A stretch of 64,000 nt of DNA from NCBI GenBank assembly GCA_964016885.1, contig OZ024749.1, positions 18,476,001 through 18,540,000 of the forward strand, in the 5' to 3' direction. Shown piece after piece: positions 15,296-31,401 of the stretch. Position 1 is the stretch's first letter. Each line of letters opens with the position of its first letter. This DNA comes from Eledone cirrhosa. Taxonomy: Eukaryota. Position numbers and translations under genes: made by a program. A model generated the notes under the pieces. The model had not been told where the DNA came from, made no database searches, and saw nothing but the letters and a program-made list of their open reading frames with translations.

Positions 15296-16217
15296 GCTCT
15301 AGTATTAATGTAAAGAGAGATGTATGTAGTTAAGAGAGAAAATAGCCGTTATATAGAGAGAAAAAAGAGAAAATGAAAAAGAGAAATGAAACATAACCAG
15401 ACATAAACGATGCAGAATTTAAAACCGCTATGTTTTATCCGTAGAAAATATTAGTTCGTATAAAACAGGCATTATAATGTAAGTACCAGTATTCATGAAT
15501 GAGACATGTATCTATAATGTGTGAAAAGTAATGATCTTATGTCTAGTTTTTAAAAATTCATATGTTTATATCATAATTATAAACAAACTCCCAATTCACA
15601 CGAAAACATTCTCATTGTGCTATAAAAATTCAAGTATACATATATGTGTGTATATATACACATATATATAGAGTCTATATTAATTTTAACAATACTATTC
15701 TTGTCTTTATTCTACATGATTGTCGATCAAGCAGAAATAGAGAACAGATTTCAATATATTAATAAAAATAAAAATAAAAATATCAGAGACAAGAAAATAA
15801 ATAAATAAACAGAAAACTAAAACATTTAATATTAAAAATAAAAAATATTACAAAATATTAAAAAATATTAAAAAATAATACAAATAAAACACAGAGATCA
15901 GCCTTTCAAAGTTAATTGACAATATATTGCCAAGATCATCATAAGCATCAGAGTCGAAACAGATAAAACAAAAATTGTTTACCAAATCCTGTCTAGCAGA
16001 AATCATTCCAAAAGTTTAGGATACCCATTTGGTCTCCATATGTTCTTATATATAATATAGAAGTTTATCTAGTTTAAAATTTAATTCGATATATTTGGAG
16101 CATCAGCTTTTAGGGTAGTTTAATTATTCATGAAGAATGTTTTAATAAAAAGAAGAAATCGAAAGATTTATCGGCTAGTTTCATAAATAATTACAAATCA
16201 AATCAAAACAAACATAA

Positions 16218-17192
16218 CTACATTTTAAATTTAAATTTATATTTAAACGTTGAGTTCAATCTATGTCTGTAGCAACTGAATAAATTTGTCCGTAGATTAA
16301 GGGAATTTTTAGATTTTAGTATAAAGAATATCTCCTCCGCACAGAGGTCACATGTATCAGAGGATGAATTAAAAGGAATCCCCCTTGAAACTATATTCCA
16401 AGTCGTCGAATATCTAACGTTATCATGTCTAAGTTGCCAGAGTACGCCTGATAGTGCTGTTGAAGATTTTTTGGATGGATCTGTGAAAGAATTCTTGTGG
16501 TTGTTATAGCGAAGTTTAAATTCCGTCGATGTAGAACCAACGTAGTTAAAAGAATTAACGTCCGTTTTAACATTACAGTTGTATATTATATTTTTAACTA
16601 AGCAGTTGTTATTTAACGGACATTTAGATCTATCTCTACAGTTACATTTGTTAACTTGGATATTATTTATGCTATTATCGCTAGGTTTTAAGTTCCTGTT
16701 ATTTATTCTATTAATATTTTGCGCTAAATTTTTGGTGGATGAGTAGGTTAGTTTTATAGTATGTCTATTGAAAATTGAGCGATACCTATGTGTTCTAGGG
16801 AAGCGATTATCGAGAGCTTTAAAAAATAGTTTAGCAATGTGGGTTTTAATGTTTAGTGAGAAAGGGGGGGCAAACCATATTATATTCCTAGTTCTATTTC
16901 TTTTATGGCTTTTGGAATTATTGTAATGCTTTCTATTATAGTTGTTAAGGTTGTGGCCATAATTAAAATAGTTGTTATTTTGTTTAATTTGTTTATCATT
17001 ATCTATGTACATAATTTTATCCCTATATCCTGCTCTAGCTAACGCTTCATTGTAATAATGGGCTTTTTCGTCGAAAATCTTTTTATTAGATGAGATTCTA
17101 GAGATACGTGATTGAACAGAGTTTACTATAGTATTTTTAACAGATTTGGGGTGGTTAGAGTTAAAGCTGACATAGTTTAAGTTTTCATTCAA
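16218..17192 (-). pseudogene. PLE RT thumb + GIY-YIG endonuclease fragment (family C)
   Basis: SNHPKS, WFAPPFS, CNCRDRSKCPLNNNC, NIIY...YVGST, RYNNHK, CDLCAEE. Confidence 0.88.
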
Positions 17193-18839
17193 CTTGTGAA
17201 ATGGATAGTGAAGACATGTGTTGAGATTTAATGTTATATCTAGGAAGTTGACTATTCTATGGTTATTCTCAATTTCTATTTTTAGATTAAAGTGATTAAA
17301 AATTGTGTAATTTGTTTTCTTTTTCTATTTAGTTCAGAGTTATTATTATCAATAAGTAAAAGCATGTCATCTCTATATAAAGCTCCGGTAGTACCAGGTA
17401 TTTTCCTATGCAGCGAATTGATTAAAAATAAGCCCACAAGGTCAGTTACCTGTGCGGAGGAGATATTCTTTATACTAAAATCTAAAAATTCCCTTAATCT
17501 ATGGACAAATTTATTCAGTTGCTGCAGACATAGATTGAACTCAACGTTTAAATATAAATTTAAATTTAAAATGTAGTTATGTTTGTTTTGATTTGATTTG
17601 TAATTATTTATGAAACTAGCCGATAAATCTTTCGATTTCTTCTTTTTATTAAAACATTCTTTTTATTAAAACATTCTTCATGAATAATTAAACTACCCTA
17701 AAAGCTGATGCTCCAAATATATCGAATTAAATTTTAAACTAGATAAACTTCTATATTATATATAAGAACATATGTAGACCAAATGGGTATCCTAAACTTT
17801 TGGAATGATTTCTGCTAGACAGGATTTGGTAAACAATTTTTGTTTTATCTGTTTCGACTCTGATGCTTATGATGATCTTGGCAATATATTGTCAATTAAC
17901 TTTGAAAGGCAGATCTCTGTGTTTTATTTGTATTATTTTTTAATATTTTTTAATATTTTGTAATATTTTTTATTTTTAATATTAAATGTTTTAGTTTTCT
18001 GTTTATTTATTTATTTTCTTGCCTCTGATATTTTTATTTTTATTTTTATTAATATATTGAAATCTGTTCTCTATTTCTGCTTGATCGACAATCATGTAGA
18101 ATTAAGACAAGAATAGTATTGTTAAAATTAATATAGACTATATATATGTGTATATATACACACATATATGTATACTTGAATTTTTATAGCACAATGAGAA
18201 TGTTTTCGTGTGAATTGGGAGTTTGTTTATAATTATGATATAAACATATGAATTTTTAAAAACTAGACATAAGATCATTATTTTTCACACATTATAGATA
18301 CATGTCTCATTCATGAATACTGGTACTTACATTATAATGCCTGTTTTATACGAACTAATATTTTCTACGGATAAAACAGCGGTTTTAAATTCTGCATCGT
18401 TTATGTCTGGTTATGTTTCATTTCTCTTTTTCATTTTCTCTTTTTTCTCTCTATATAACGGCTATTTTCTCTCTTAACTACATACATCTCTCTTTACATT
18501 AATACTAGAGCTAAATAAATAAATAAATAAGTAAATGTATCAACCGATACTCAACTTCCTAATTTCTCTATCTATCTCTATCTAACTCTTTCTTTTTTCC
18601 TCTCTCTATATATATTTCTCTCTGTTTCTTTACATGAAGTTATTCTCTTTATCTATCTTTCTATATCCCTCTATTTAGTCACATGCATTTCTTCTTTTTC
18701 TTCGTTTCTCTTTCTTTCTCTCTTTATCTCTTTCTTTTTACAACTGTCCACAATATTTTTTACTGCCAAATCAACCTCCCAAATGCAAGGTGATTGAAAG
18801 GTATGTCGTATCTATTTATTTATAAGACTGTTTATATTG

Positions 18840-18905
18840 TATTTTGTCTGAAGATGGCATAACATATTGTTAATATGATATCCCTGAAATATATATAACG
18901 AAATA
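18840..18905 (+). ncRNA. Type-I HHR of family C (mirror copy at ~14894-14959, minus strand)
   Basis: TATTTTGT-CTGAAGA-...-GAAA-TATATA-TA-ACGAAATA. Confidence 0.75.
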
Positions 18906-19035
18906 AATATGGTTTTATAAATATAGTTTCCATTTATTTAATATCATAAATATACTCCAAATACTTGTTGAGTGCTTTTATATCAGTTATAAATATTTAC
19001 TCGTTGTTAACCCAACAATTTAAATATAACTTTCC

Positions 19036-19084
<49 letters not shown>

Positions 19085-19094
19085 AATATATATA

Positions 19095-19126
<32 letters not shown>

Positions 19127-19164
19127 AATATATAAATATAAATATATATAATATATAAATATAA

Positions 19165-19222
<58 letters not shown>

Positions 19223-20457
19223 GAAATATAAGAATCAAAGAACTGTTCAAAACATTATTGTGCTTACAGCTGTTTCCTCCAAACCGAGGTTTGGATTCTT
19301 CGGAGCAATTTATTAATGCATGGACAGTTATATGACCTCCTTTTCAGCCGAGAGACATACCAATACATATTCAAACATTGATACATATTCAAACATTGTG
19401 GGTCAACATTCATTACAGAATTTAGAGTGGCAGTACCCACTTCGAGATTACATTTATATTAATAGGTACAATCAAAAATCAAAGATATAGGTTAAAGTAC
19501 AACATGAAGATAAGTGGTTATATAGTGCAAATGTTATATGTGTGGCACGCATGTGCGTCTTGTTTATATAGTGTGGCAGAGAGATATGTGTGGTAGAGGC
19601 ACTTAGGTAGGTAAATAAGAGTGTTAGGTTGGTAGATCTGGTGGCAAAATCTTTATATGATTGATATAGTCTGTGTGTGGAGAAATATTATAAGCATTAA
19701 AGATAGTGCAAGCATTAAAAGTGTTATAAGTATTGGAGATGCACAGCGCAGGGATGTCAAGTAATTCATGTACTTCGGCATTTTCATGGTCAAGGGAGTG
19801 TATATTTCGATTATATGCCTTTCACATAATCCACGCCAATCCAGTTAGAGATCGTAGTCTGGTGTTCTTTAGTTCGATGCAGGAGGTTGTTATGTTTCGA
19901 GAAACGCCATTGAATACCGGAAGTGTGTGTGTGGCTAAGGGGAGTTAATGCATGCGGGGAGGTAACTCTGGGGTTTCTATATCTAGCCATTAAAATGTGT
20001 CCCAATATAGACCCTAAATTCTATGGTGAAGTGCACCTTCCAAGAGAGACTTTTAAAGCATAAAGTGTATTAACTATAGAGTAGTTTAACTAAGTTATGC
20101 TGAAGGTGATCATATTATTATTATGGTGGATTAACCCATCTTAAGGTGCTACAAATGGAAATTATAGATGATGAGCGAGGATTCTAAATGAATGATCTCT
20201 GTGGTTGTAGTCTGCTCATATGACCAGGCGCGGTGATTGCAGGATTGCTTCAGGACCCAATGATCTCTGGTAAGATCTGGGTCATCGCTTGCTACATTGG
20301 ATGTCGAAAGATAATCGTCCCCAGGCAGGCCAAAGGTCAATCCGCAGTCCTCGCGACCCCTCTCTGACCGTCAGATCATCCATATACGTACAACCCACAC
20401 GGCAGTTGCATTGCATTCACTCACTGCGCTCAGCAGCCCGGACTGCGGATTGACCTT
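19223..20457 (-). mobile_element. 3'UTR-like segment of another HHR-bearing element (family F), fused head-to-head to A2
   Basis: Minus-strand HHR at 19261-19307 (TGCT-CCGAAGA-ATCCAAACCTCGGTTTGGAG-GAAA-CAGCTG-TA-AGCA) with one core substitution; the end abuts (TA)n. Confidence 0.6.
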
Positions 20458-23400
20458 ATCAGAAGAGTTAGATGGAGGGCCTACCACTTCGATAAAAAAT
20501 CTAAATATGCAGATAGGAAATATATGTATGATTTCACTACTTACAAGAATCCACCACACAACTCTCTACTTGAAGACTTTGAGAAAGACCTTTTTAATTT
20601 AATTAAACACCTCAAATTTAAGAAGTATAAATCTGTCTTTCAAAAGGACCTTGATTCTACCCTATTGGACCTAAAAAAGTTTAAAAAAATCCATGTCCAC
20701 TCGGACAAAACTGGAAACTTATATCACATGGATATTGAAAATTATAATGAGTTCATATATAAAGAACTCAGGAAAAATTATAGAAAAACTAATAATGCGT
20801 CACTCACCAACATCAACAACAAAACACACAACATAGTGAATAAACTAAATATTGAAGATAGAACTGAACCTTTGGCATTGAAAAGACCACACTTCAACCT
20901 GAAAGATCATAAATCAAACTTTAACTCAAATCCTTCTATAAGACTTATATGTCCCTCCAAATCTGATATTGGAATAATTAGCAAAAAAATTTTGGATAGA
21001 GTCATCCCACAAATAAGAAAACATGTTAATTTACCACTCTGGGAAAACACTTCCCAGGTAATTAACTGGTTTAAAAATATTAGATGTAAATCTTCTGCTT
21101 CATTTCTACAATTTGATATAGATAATTACTATTCTTCTATATCTCCTGAACAAAGCTTTGATATTTGCTAAAAATAGATCTAACTTAACTTTGGATGACA
21201 TTAATATTATTACACATGCTAGACTAACACTTATTGAATTTCAGAATTAATACTGGACCAGAAACACATATAGTAATCTATTTGATATTACTATGAGTTC
21301 AAGCGATTCTGCCCAAATTACTGATCTTGTGGGCCTCTTTCTTCTTTTTAACATAAATGCTTCCTTTCCCCACCTTACAGGTGGTTTATATCGTGATGAC
21401 TGTCTTCTTCTTTCCAACAACCTTAGCCTCTCAGGAATAGAAAAAAACAAAAAGCTTATTAGAACTTTCCTTAAAGACTATTATAGCCTTCATATTACTT
21501 TTGAAAACACAAGTAGTTAATTTCCTAGATATAACTTTAGACTTAGCTACGGGTATCTACCAACCTTACCATAAACCCAACCAAAACTTACACTACATAC
21601 ACTCACAATCTAATCACCCTAAATCTATCCTTAAAAACCTTGCATATAATATATCACTTAGAATTTCTAACCTTTCGTCTAACCAAGATGTATTTGATAA
21701 AAATGCGACCTTCTATAACGAAAAACTAGATAGAAGTGGCCACAAAAATAGATTGGAATATATACCTTCTACTATAAACATACAACCTAATATTACCAAC
21801 AAACACCAAATGAAAAGTACACACCTAAATGCCACTCACACTATACCCCAAAATACCAACATAAAACCAAATTTCTCTAACTCCTCTAATATAAAGTATA
21901 GTAACTCTCAAAAAACTACTCATCATACAACTCTAATAAATGTTAATAATAAAACTCCTAATAAACAAGCTAAAACACCTAAATCAATAAATCTAACTAA
22001 AAATGTGCGTGGTGAGGTCATTAACATTAATCCTCCTAGTAAACATCAGGATGCATCCTATAAAAACAATAAACAACATAGAAACCGTAATAGACGAGTT
22101 ACTTGGTATAATGCTCCATTTAATTTACAAATTAAGGATAATATTGCTAAAAAAATTTTTAATATCCTAGAGAAAAACTTCCCGCCAAACCACAAATACC
22201 ATCAAATCTTAAATAGATCAACAGTTAAATTCTCATACTCAACAACCAAAAACATAAAACAAAATATAAGTGCCTATAATGCATATAAATGTAAAAAAAC
22301 CATAAGTATGCCACCAATACATCAAACTAACCATAATATCTCCTCAAATACAGAATTATCGAAAGGTTGTAACTGTAGAAACAAAGCAAACTGCCCATTA
22401 AAAGGAAATTGTCATGTTAACAACATAGTTTATAAATGTAAAGTTAAAACTAAAGATTCTGTTTGCTCATATATAGGAGCTACTTCTAACAATTTTAAGG
22501 TAAGGTTTAATACCCACAAACATAGTTTTAAAAATGCCGCACTGGCTAATACAACATCTCTAGCAGAAAAAATTAATAGTTATAGAAATAAGAATATAGA
22601 ATATTATATGACCTGGAGTGTGCTCAAAAGAGCCACCCCTTATCAAAATAATAGAAATGAATGTAGATTGTGTTCCCAAGAACTATTTGAAATAATGAAA
22701 TCTAAGGATATCCTATTAAATAAGCGACAGGAATTAATTATATCATGTAATCATAAACTGAGAAAAACATTTAAATATTATAAACCTAATTAATAATATA
22801 TATTTTAGAAATTAATATATAAATTAATTTTAATGTAGTTAACCTATAATTTTAATTTAATTAAAATTCTACTACAGATGAAATTAAAAAATATTGTGTA
22901 ATCATAAACTGTGAAAAACTTTTAAATATTATTAACATAATTAATATATACTTTGGAAATTAATTTATAGATTAATTTTAGTTTATTTAACCTTTTATTA
23001 AAATTCCTTTACAGATGAAATATAACAAAATATCGTGTAATCAATAACAGAGAAATACTTTTTAATATTATAAACCAAATTAATGTACAATTTAGAAATT
23101 AATTTATAAATTAATTTTAATTTAGTTAACCTATAATTTTAATTTAGTTAGCTTAAAATTAAAATTCTAATACAGATGGATTGCAGAATATCATCTAATC
23201 ATAAACTGAGAAAAACTTTTAAATATATACCTAATTAATATATTCTTTACAAATAATTATATAGATTAATTTTAATTTTAGTTAACCTATAATTATATTC
23301 TACTATAGATAAAATACAAAATTTGCGTTAATTATTATAAACCTAATTAACATATACTATAGAAATTAATATATAATTTTTAATTTAGTTAACCTATAAT

Positions 23401-23911
23401 TAATATTCTACTACCGATGAAATACTTGATTTGGCTTTCCCTATTACAAAATTCATTTCCTAAAATTGATACCATCATGTTAATAATTTTAATTTAGTTA
23501 TGCTATAATTAATACTCTACTACTGTTTAACTTCAAAATTCCGCTTTAAATATTATAAACCTAAGTAGTATACACCTTAGAAATTAATATATTAACTATT
23601 TTTACTTTAATTAACCTATAATTAATAGTCTACTTATATTAAAATGCATAATTTAGCCTTCTTTCTTACATTTCCTAATACTGACACTACTATGTAAACA
23701 CATATGATTTAAATGCAGATTAATATTCTATGTTCCTTGAAACCTATATTTACTATTTCCCACTAATAATTTTAATCCCCCTTCCCCCCCTATAATTATT
23801 CGTATTTGTAAGCGTGGATGTATGTATGTGTATGTAAGTATGTATGTATGTTTGTGCGTTTGTATGTGAGTATAAAAATACATATGTGCGCATGTAAATA
23901 AGTGTGTATGA

Positions 23912-23957
<46 letters not shown>

Positions 23958-24055
23958 GTGTATGTATGTATGTGTATGTATATGTATTTGTAGAGATGTG
24001 TGTATGTATGTGTATATATGTGCATAATTGTCTGACTGTGTATTTATTTTTTTTT

Positions 24056-24118
<63 letters not shown>

Positions 24119-24372
24119 GTGTGTATGTATATCTCTATATTTATGTATGTCTGAGTGTGTGTGAGTGTGTGGTTGTGTATACATGGGTATGTGTGTGTAT
24201 GTATATATACGTATATGTATGTGTGTGTGTGTATATATATGTGTGTATATATATGTGTGTATATATATATGTATATATATATATGTATGTGTATGTATGT
24301 GTGTATATGTGTGTGTACATATATGTATATATATGTGTGTTGTGAGTATGTGTGTATATATATATGTCTGTG

Positions 24373-24415
<43 letters not shown>

Positions 24416-25368
24416 CGGTGTGTATTAATATGTATGAGTATATGTTTTACTTGTTTATTTCTTTTATTATATTTCTTTTTATTTCTAAATTTATAGATAC
24501 ATTTTTATAAATATGCTGAGTCTGACACCCTCCTTAATTACTTACTCCCTTACCTACTTTTAATTCTGCATCTAGATGTAAGTGTATGTGGCCGTGTTTA
24601 TGTGTGCGCCTCAATATCCATATAGTTATAATAATAATATATACGTATGTGTGTGTGTGTGTGTGTGTATATATATGTGTGTGTGTTCGTGGGTATGTGT
24701 GTGTTTATGTATATATGCGTGTGTGTGTATGAATGTGTGTATATGTGTGTATATATGTGTGTATATATGTATGTATGTGTATGTATATTTTGTCTGTGGA
24801 TTATAAACATACAGAGACATTAGCCCTGAATTTTTATATTTACATACACTTTTTCGACATGCGTATGCATGTGAACATACATTTTTATGCATATCTGTGA
24901 ACGAAGTTACTTGCATACACACACCTAACTGTATTTTCTTGATGAATTTTTATGTATTTCATTGGTCTATTTAAAATCTGTTCCAAAACAGACCTGTAAT
25001 TTTGAATTGTTGTTATTATCAATAAATATACTTCATTATTTCTGAAAACAGCATATATATGTGTTGGTATGTATATTCTATTTGATAGTTTGTATAATTT
25101 TGTACATAGATCTTTTGAATATGCATGCCAATTCTAACACATATATGTCCTAGAAACGATCGTTAAATAATGAACTTTTTTTGTTTAATATAAGGAACTG
25201 TTTCATTGTTTTATTCATTATTTTTTTAATATTTTATCTTGACTCTGTATTCCGTTTATCTTTCACCGAAAGTGATTTTTGAATGCATCTCTTCTTTCCA
25301 TGATATCCGGATTACATTGAGTTCTTCATACGGATTGGACACTAACGTAAACTTTTGGTAGATTTATC

Positions 25369-25371
<3 letters not shown>
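20456..25371 (+). mobile_element. Naiad-like PLE family A, copy A2 (slightly 5'-truncated, ORF disrupted)
   Basis: ORFs 20524..21171, 21293..21520 and 21501..22793; ~2.6-kb 3'UTR; HHR at 25034-25172 with core CTGAAAA; canonical end TTTATCTACA followed by (TA)n. Confidence 0.92.
20459..22793 (+). pseudogene. PLE RT + GIY-YIG, frameshifted (A2)
   Basis: SDKTGNLY, LKDHK, RLICPSKS, QFDIDNYY, YRDD, CNC..CPL..C, IVY..YIG, CRLC; small deletions near 21143 and 21512, and TAA at 21248. Confidence 0.92.
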
Positions 25372-27668
<2,297 letters not shown>

Positions 27669-28742
27669 CATGGAAAGTTATATTTAAAATTGTTGGGTTA
27701 CAACTAGTAAATATTTATAACTGGTATAAAAGCACTCGACAAATATTTGGAGTATATTTACACTATTAAATAAATGGAAAACTATATTTATAAAACCATA
27801 TTTATTTCATTATATATATTTCGGGGATATCATATTAACAATATGCTATGCCTTCATCAGACAAAATACAATATAAACAGTTTTATAGATAAATAGATTC
27901 GACATACCGTTATAACACCGACTTCATTAGTAGAGTAATGACAGGAATAATAATACACATATTTGTATGCTCAAATTTTTATACCACATTGAGAATGTTT
28001 TCCGTGAATTTAGAGTTTGCAGAGTGAATCAGTTGGATTCGCATGTATGTTTGTAGCTGTCACATAAACATATGAATTTTTTAAAACTAAACATAAGATA
28101 ATTAATTTTCACACATTATAGATACTTGTCTCATTCAGGAATACTGATATTTACAATATAGTGTAAGTTTTATAAATACTAACACATTAAAACATAGAGT
28201 TTTTACGCCTCGAATATATCTGGCTATTTTTAAATTTTTTTTCTCTCGCTATTTTTTCCTCTCTCTATATATCTCCCTTACATTAATACTTGAGCTAAAT
28301 AAATAAATAAATAAATAAACGTATCATTGATACATTTACTCAAAATGACCTCCTACTACCTAATTTTCTATATATATGTATCTATCTCTATTTCCTCTCT
28401 CTCTCTCTATATATATATCTCTTTCTGTTTCTTTACATGAAGTTCTTCGCTTTATCTATCTTTCCATCTCTCTATTTTGTTCCATGCATTTCCTCTTTCT
28501 CTTCTTTTTCTTCCTTTTCTTCGTTTTCTGTCTTTCTTTCTGTTTTCTCTCTTTTTCTTTCTCTCTGTGTAAATATTTTTCACAGCCAGCGTAAACCTCT
28601 TCAAATGAAGTCGGTGTTATAACGGTATGTCGAATCTATTTATCTATAAAACTGTTTATATTGTATTTTGTCTGATGAAGGCATAGCATATTGTTAATAT
28701 GATATCCCCGAAATATATATAATGAAATAAATATGGTTTTAT
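27669..28742. mobile_element. Two-armed 3'UTR-only insertion of a family C relative
   Basis: Minus arm 27669-27928 and plus arm ~27929-28742, homologous to 18100-19036. HHRs at 27803-27868 (-) and 28664-28729 (+, CTGATGA...GAAA TATATA TA). Confidence 0.85.
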
Positions 28743-28744
28743 AA

Positions 28745-28903
<159 letters not shown>

Positions 28904-28917
28904 GATATATATATATA

Positions 28918-29007
<90 letters not shown>

Positions 29008-29745
29008 GTATACTAGGGAGAGGATCAGGGGTGTATAACACTCCACTTATCCAGCAGGCAGTATAAGGTTAGCTCAATGTCTGAGGACAGAGCCGTGATA
29101 TAATAAATAACAAAGAACGCCTATAGCATATGCATATCTTTACTTGCTAACATTGTTTCATCCGCACTATAAGTGGGACTCATCAGAGCATAAAGGTTAA
29201 TTACATACCATACAAGCAATAACAAATCCAAGACATTGAAGAATGAAAAATAATAGAAGATAAAGGATATTAAGGAAGTAAAAGTAAAAATAAGAATAAA
29301 AATAAAAATAAAAATAAAAATAAAAATAAAAATAAAATAATAAAATAAACAATGAAAAATAAGGGGTGCTATCAGTCACAGTTGGGCGGGGTGCTGTCAA
29401 CATATAGTTACATACAAGCATACACATGGATAAGAGAACAGACAAGAGTAGATAAGATAGATAGGATTAGGTAAGAGTAGGTAAAACATAGGTGAAAAAC
29501 AGACTTATAATACATATAAGAAAATATAAAGAAATATATAACAAACTTACATATAAAATATAAAATATACAGATAATAGTGATACAGGGTAAGGAATGAA
29601 ATAAAATAATATAAAATTAAAATTAAAATTATATAAAATAGAACATAGTATAATATAATCATAAAATAAGATAAAATAAGGTAAACTAAAATAAAATAAA
29701 ATAGACTAAAGTAAAATAATATAATATAAATATAATTAAATGTAA

Positions 29746-29777
<32 letters not shown>

Positions 29778-29815
29778 AATTAAATAAATAAATAAAATTA
29801 AAATTAAAATTAAAT

Positions 29816-29855
<40 letters not shown>

Positions 29856-29856
29856 G

Positions 29857-29887
<31 letters not shown>

Positions 29888-31401
29888 ATGAAATTAAATA
29901 AGTAAATAAATTAAATTAAATTAATAAAATTAGATAAAATGAAATGAAATAAAATAAAATAAAATGAAATAAAGTAAATTGAGATAAGATATATATTTTT
30001 TTAGAATATATCTCTTGAATATATCAGGGGCCCACGAAGGCACTAAGTGTCACAGTTATCTGTATCACTTGACCATTCTTTTAAAATATATTTCTTGAAA
30101 ATATCAGGGGCCCACGAAGGCTCTAAGTGTCACAGTCACCAGTATTACTTGACCATTGCAAGGCAATGGAGGCGTCCCAGGTTGGGCAGTCTCAAAAGTT
30201 CACTCGAAAGTCACGGGTGTGCATTCACACAGTTGAGCGGTGGGGTAATCACAAACCGGTTCATACCCGGGCAGGAGTCCAATGGTCAAACAGAGGTGCA
30301 TCGAAGGAAGGTAGGAGAATTCACGTGCATTAGCAAGCGAGATGCAGGCGGGTTAGCCAAAGCAAGCAGACACAGTTGGAGCGCATACAAAAGATATATA
30401 AAAAGACAAAAGATATATAAAAATAGCTTCAAGAGCCATGAAATTACTGCATTGGGACATCACAAGATTGTACACATCAATATGTTCAGCACGTATATGC
30501 ACATATACACACCACATGCATATGCAGAGACGGTATACATATATATATATATATTTTTTTATATACAGACATATACAACCACCTACACCCATACACATAT
30601 AAATGTATACACAGACACACACGCACACACACACAGCGTAGGACACCCGGGTCAAAGCTGATATTAAACACCGAAATACCACATTAGGCGAGACCCACCA
30701 CCACGGATAATACATTCAAAATAAACACATACGATGAGATGTAGTAAAATAAAGTTGAATTCCTACGGAGATAATCATGTCCGCACGTGCCATTGCCCGA
30801 TTCAAGTGTACACAGACCGTTAGTAACTACGGAGGGCTATCGGGGCCAAAACGTTACTTTCGGGATCATAACAACGACCGTCAATATATGGAAGGCCGAT
30901 CGTGCTAGAAAGACTACAACCCCGGGCAAGAGCTCCCAGAAGTCAGCCTGTAGATCTTAAACCACAGAATATGAGGGCAACACGTACATGCGCCACGTAT
31001 CTACTGCTTACGGCGGGATGGCACAGGTCCGCCCACAGTTACAGGCTAAATTTCTATTAGTGCAGCCTATATCACAGTACACGCTCTACATAGATACATT
31101 ACATCACAACTCATGCGCATACAGAGGTACAGATCCACAAGATATACGTCAGGATAGACCCACCAATGCACCAATGGTGGGTAGGCGAGCGTGGATGGGT
31201 TACATCCGCTGTGCCAAACAGGGGTGCTTATTAACATACACACCCACTCACCTGTACACCCCAATATCCAGATCAATATACTCCCGCAGGCATACGTATA
31301 CACTCACCGACTCATATACATAGAAGACCAACAATAGGAGACAGTTACACACAATCAGAGACAGTTACACAAGATAGCCCAACTGGAGAAATAAGGAAGT
31401 G

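Larger units (their letters stand above)
14855..19036. mobile_element. Naiad-like PLE family C, two-armed (minus arm ~14855-17455, plus arm ~17450-19036)
   Basis: Minus arm has RT remnants (QVTDLVG, GALYRDD) and ORF 16218..17192. Plus arm repeats the ORF end and 3'UTR. The arms join at CTGTGC microhomology. Confidence 0.9.

Noticed and set aside
17800-17880. SECIS-like or C/D-box-like ATGA...CTGA in the family C UTR
   Set aside because: Spacing and pairing do not fit either consensus, and the visible C ORF has no in-frame TGA.
20340-20410. Minus-strand TYMDD resembling an RT catalytic motif
   Set aside because: No flanking RT motifs or sustained ORF; probably chance within a UTR.
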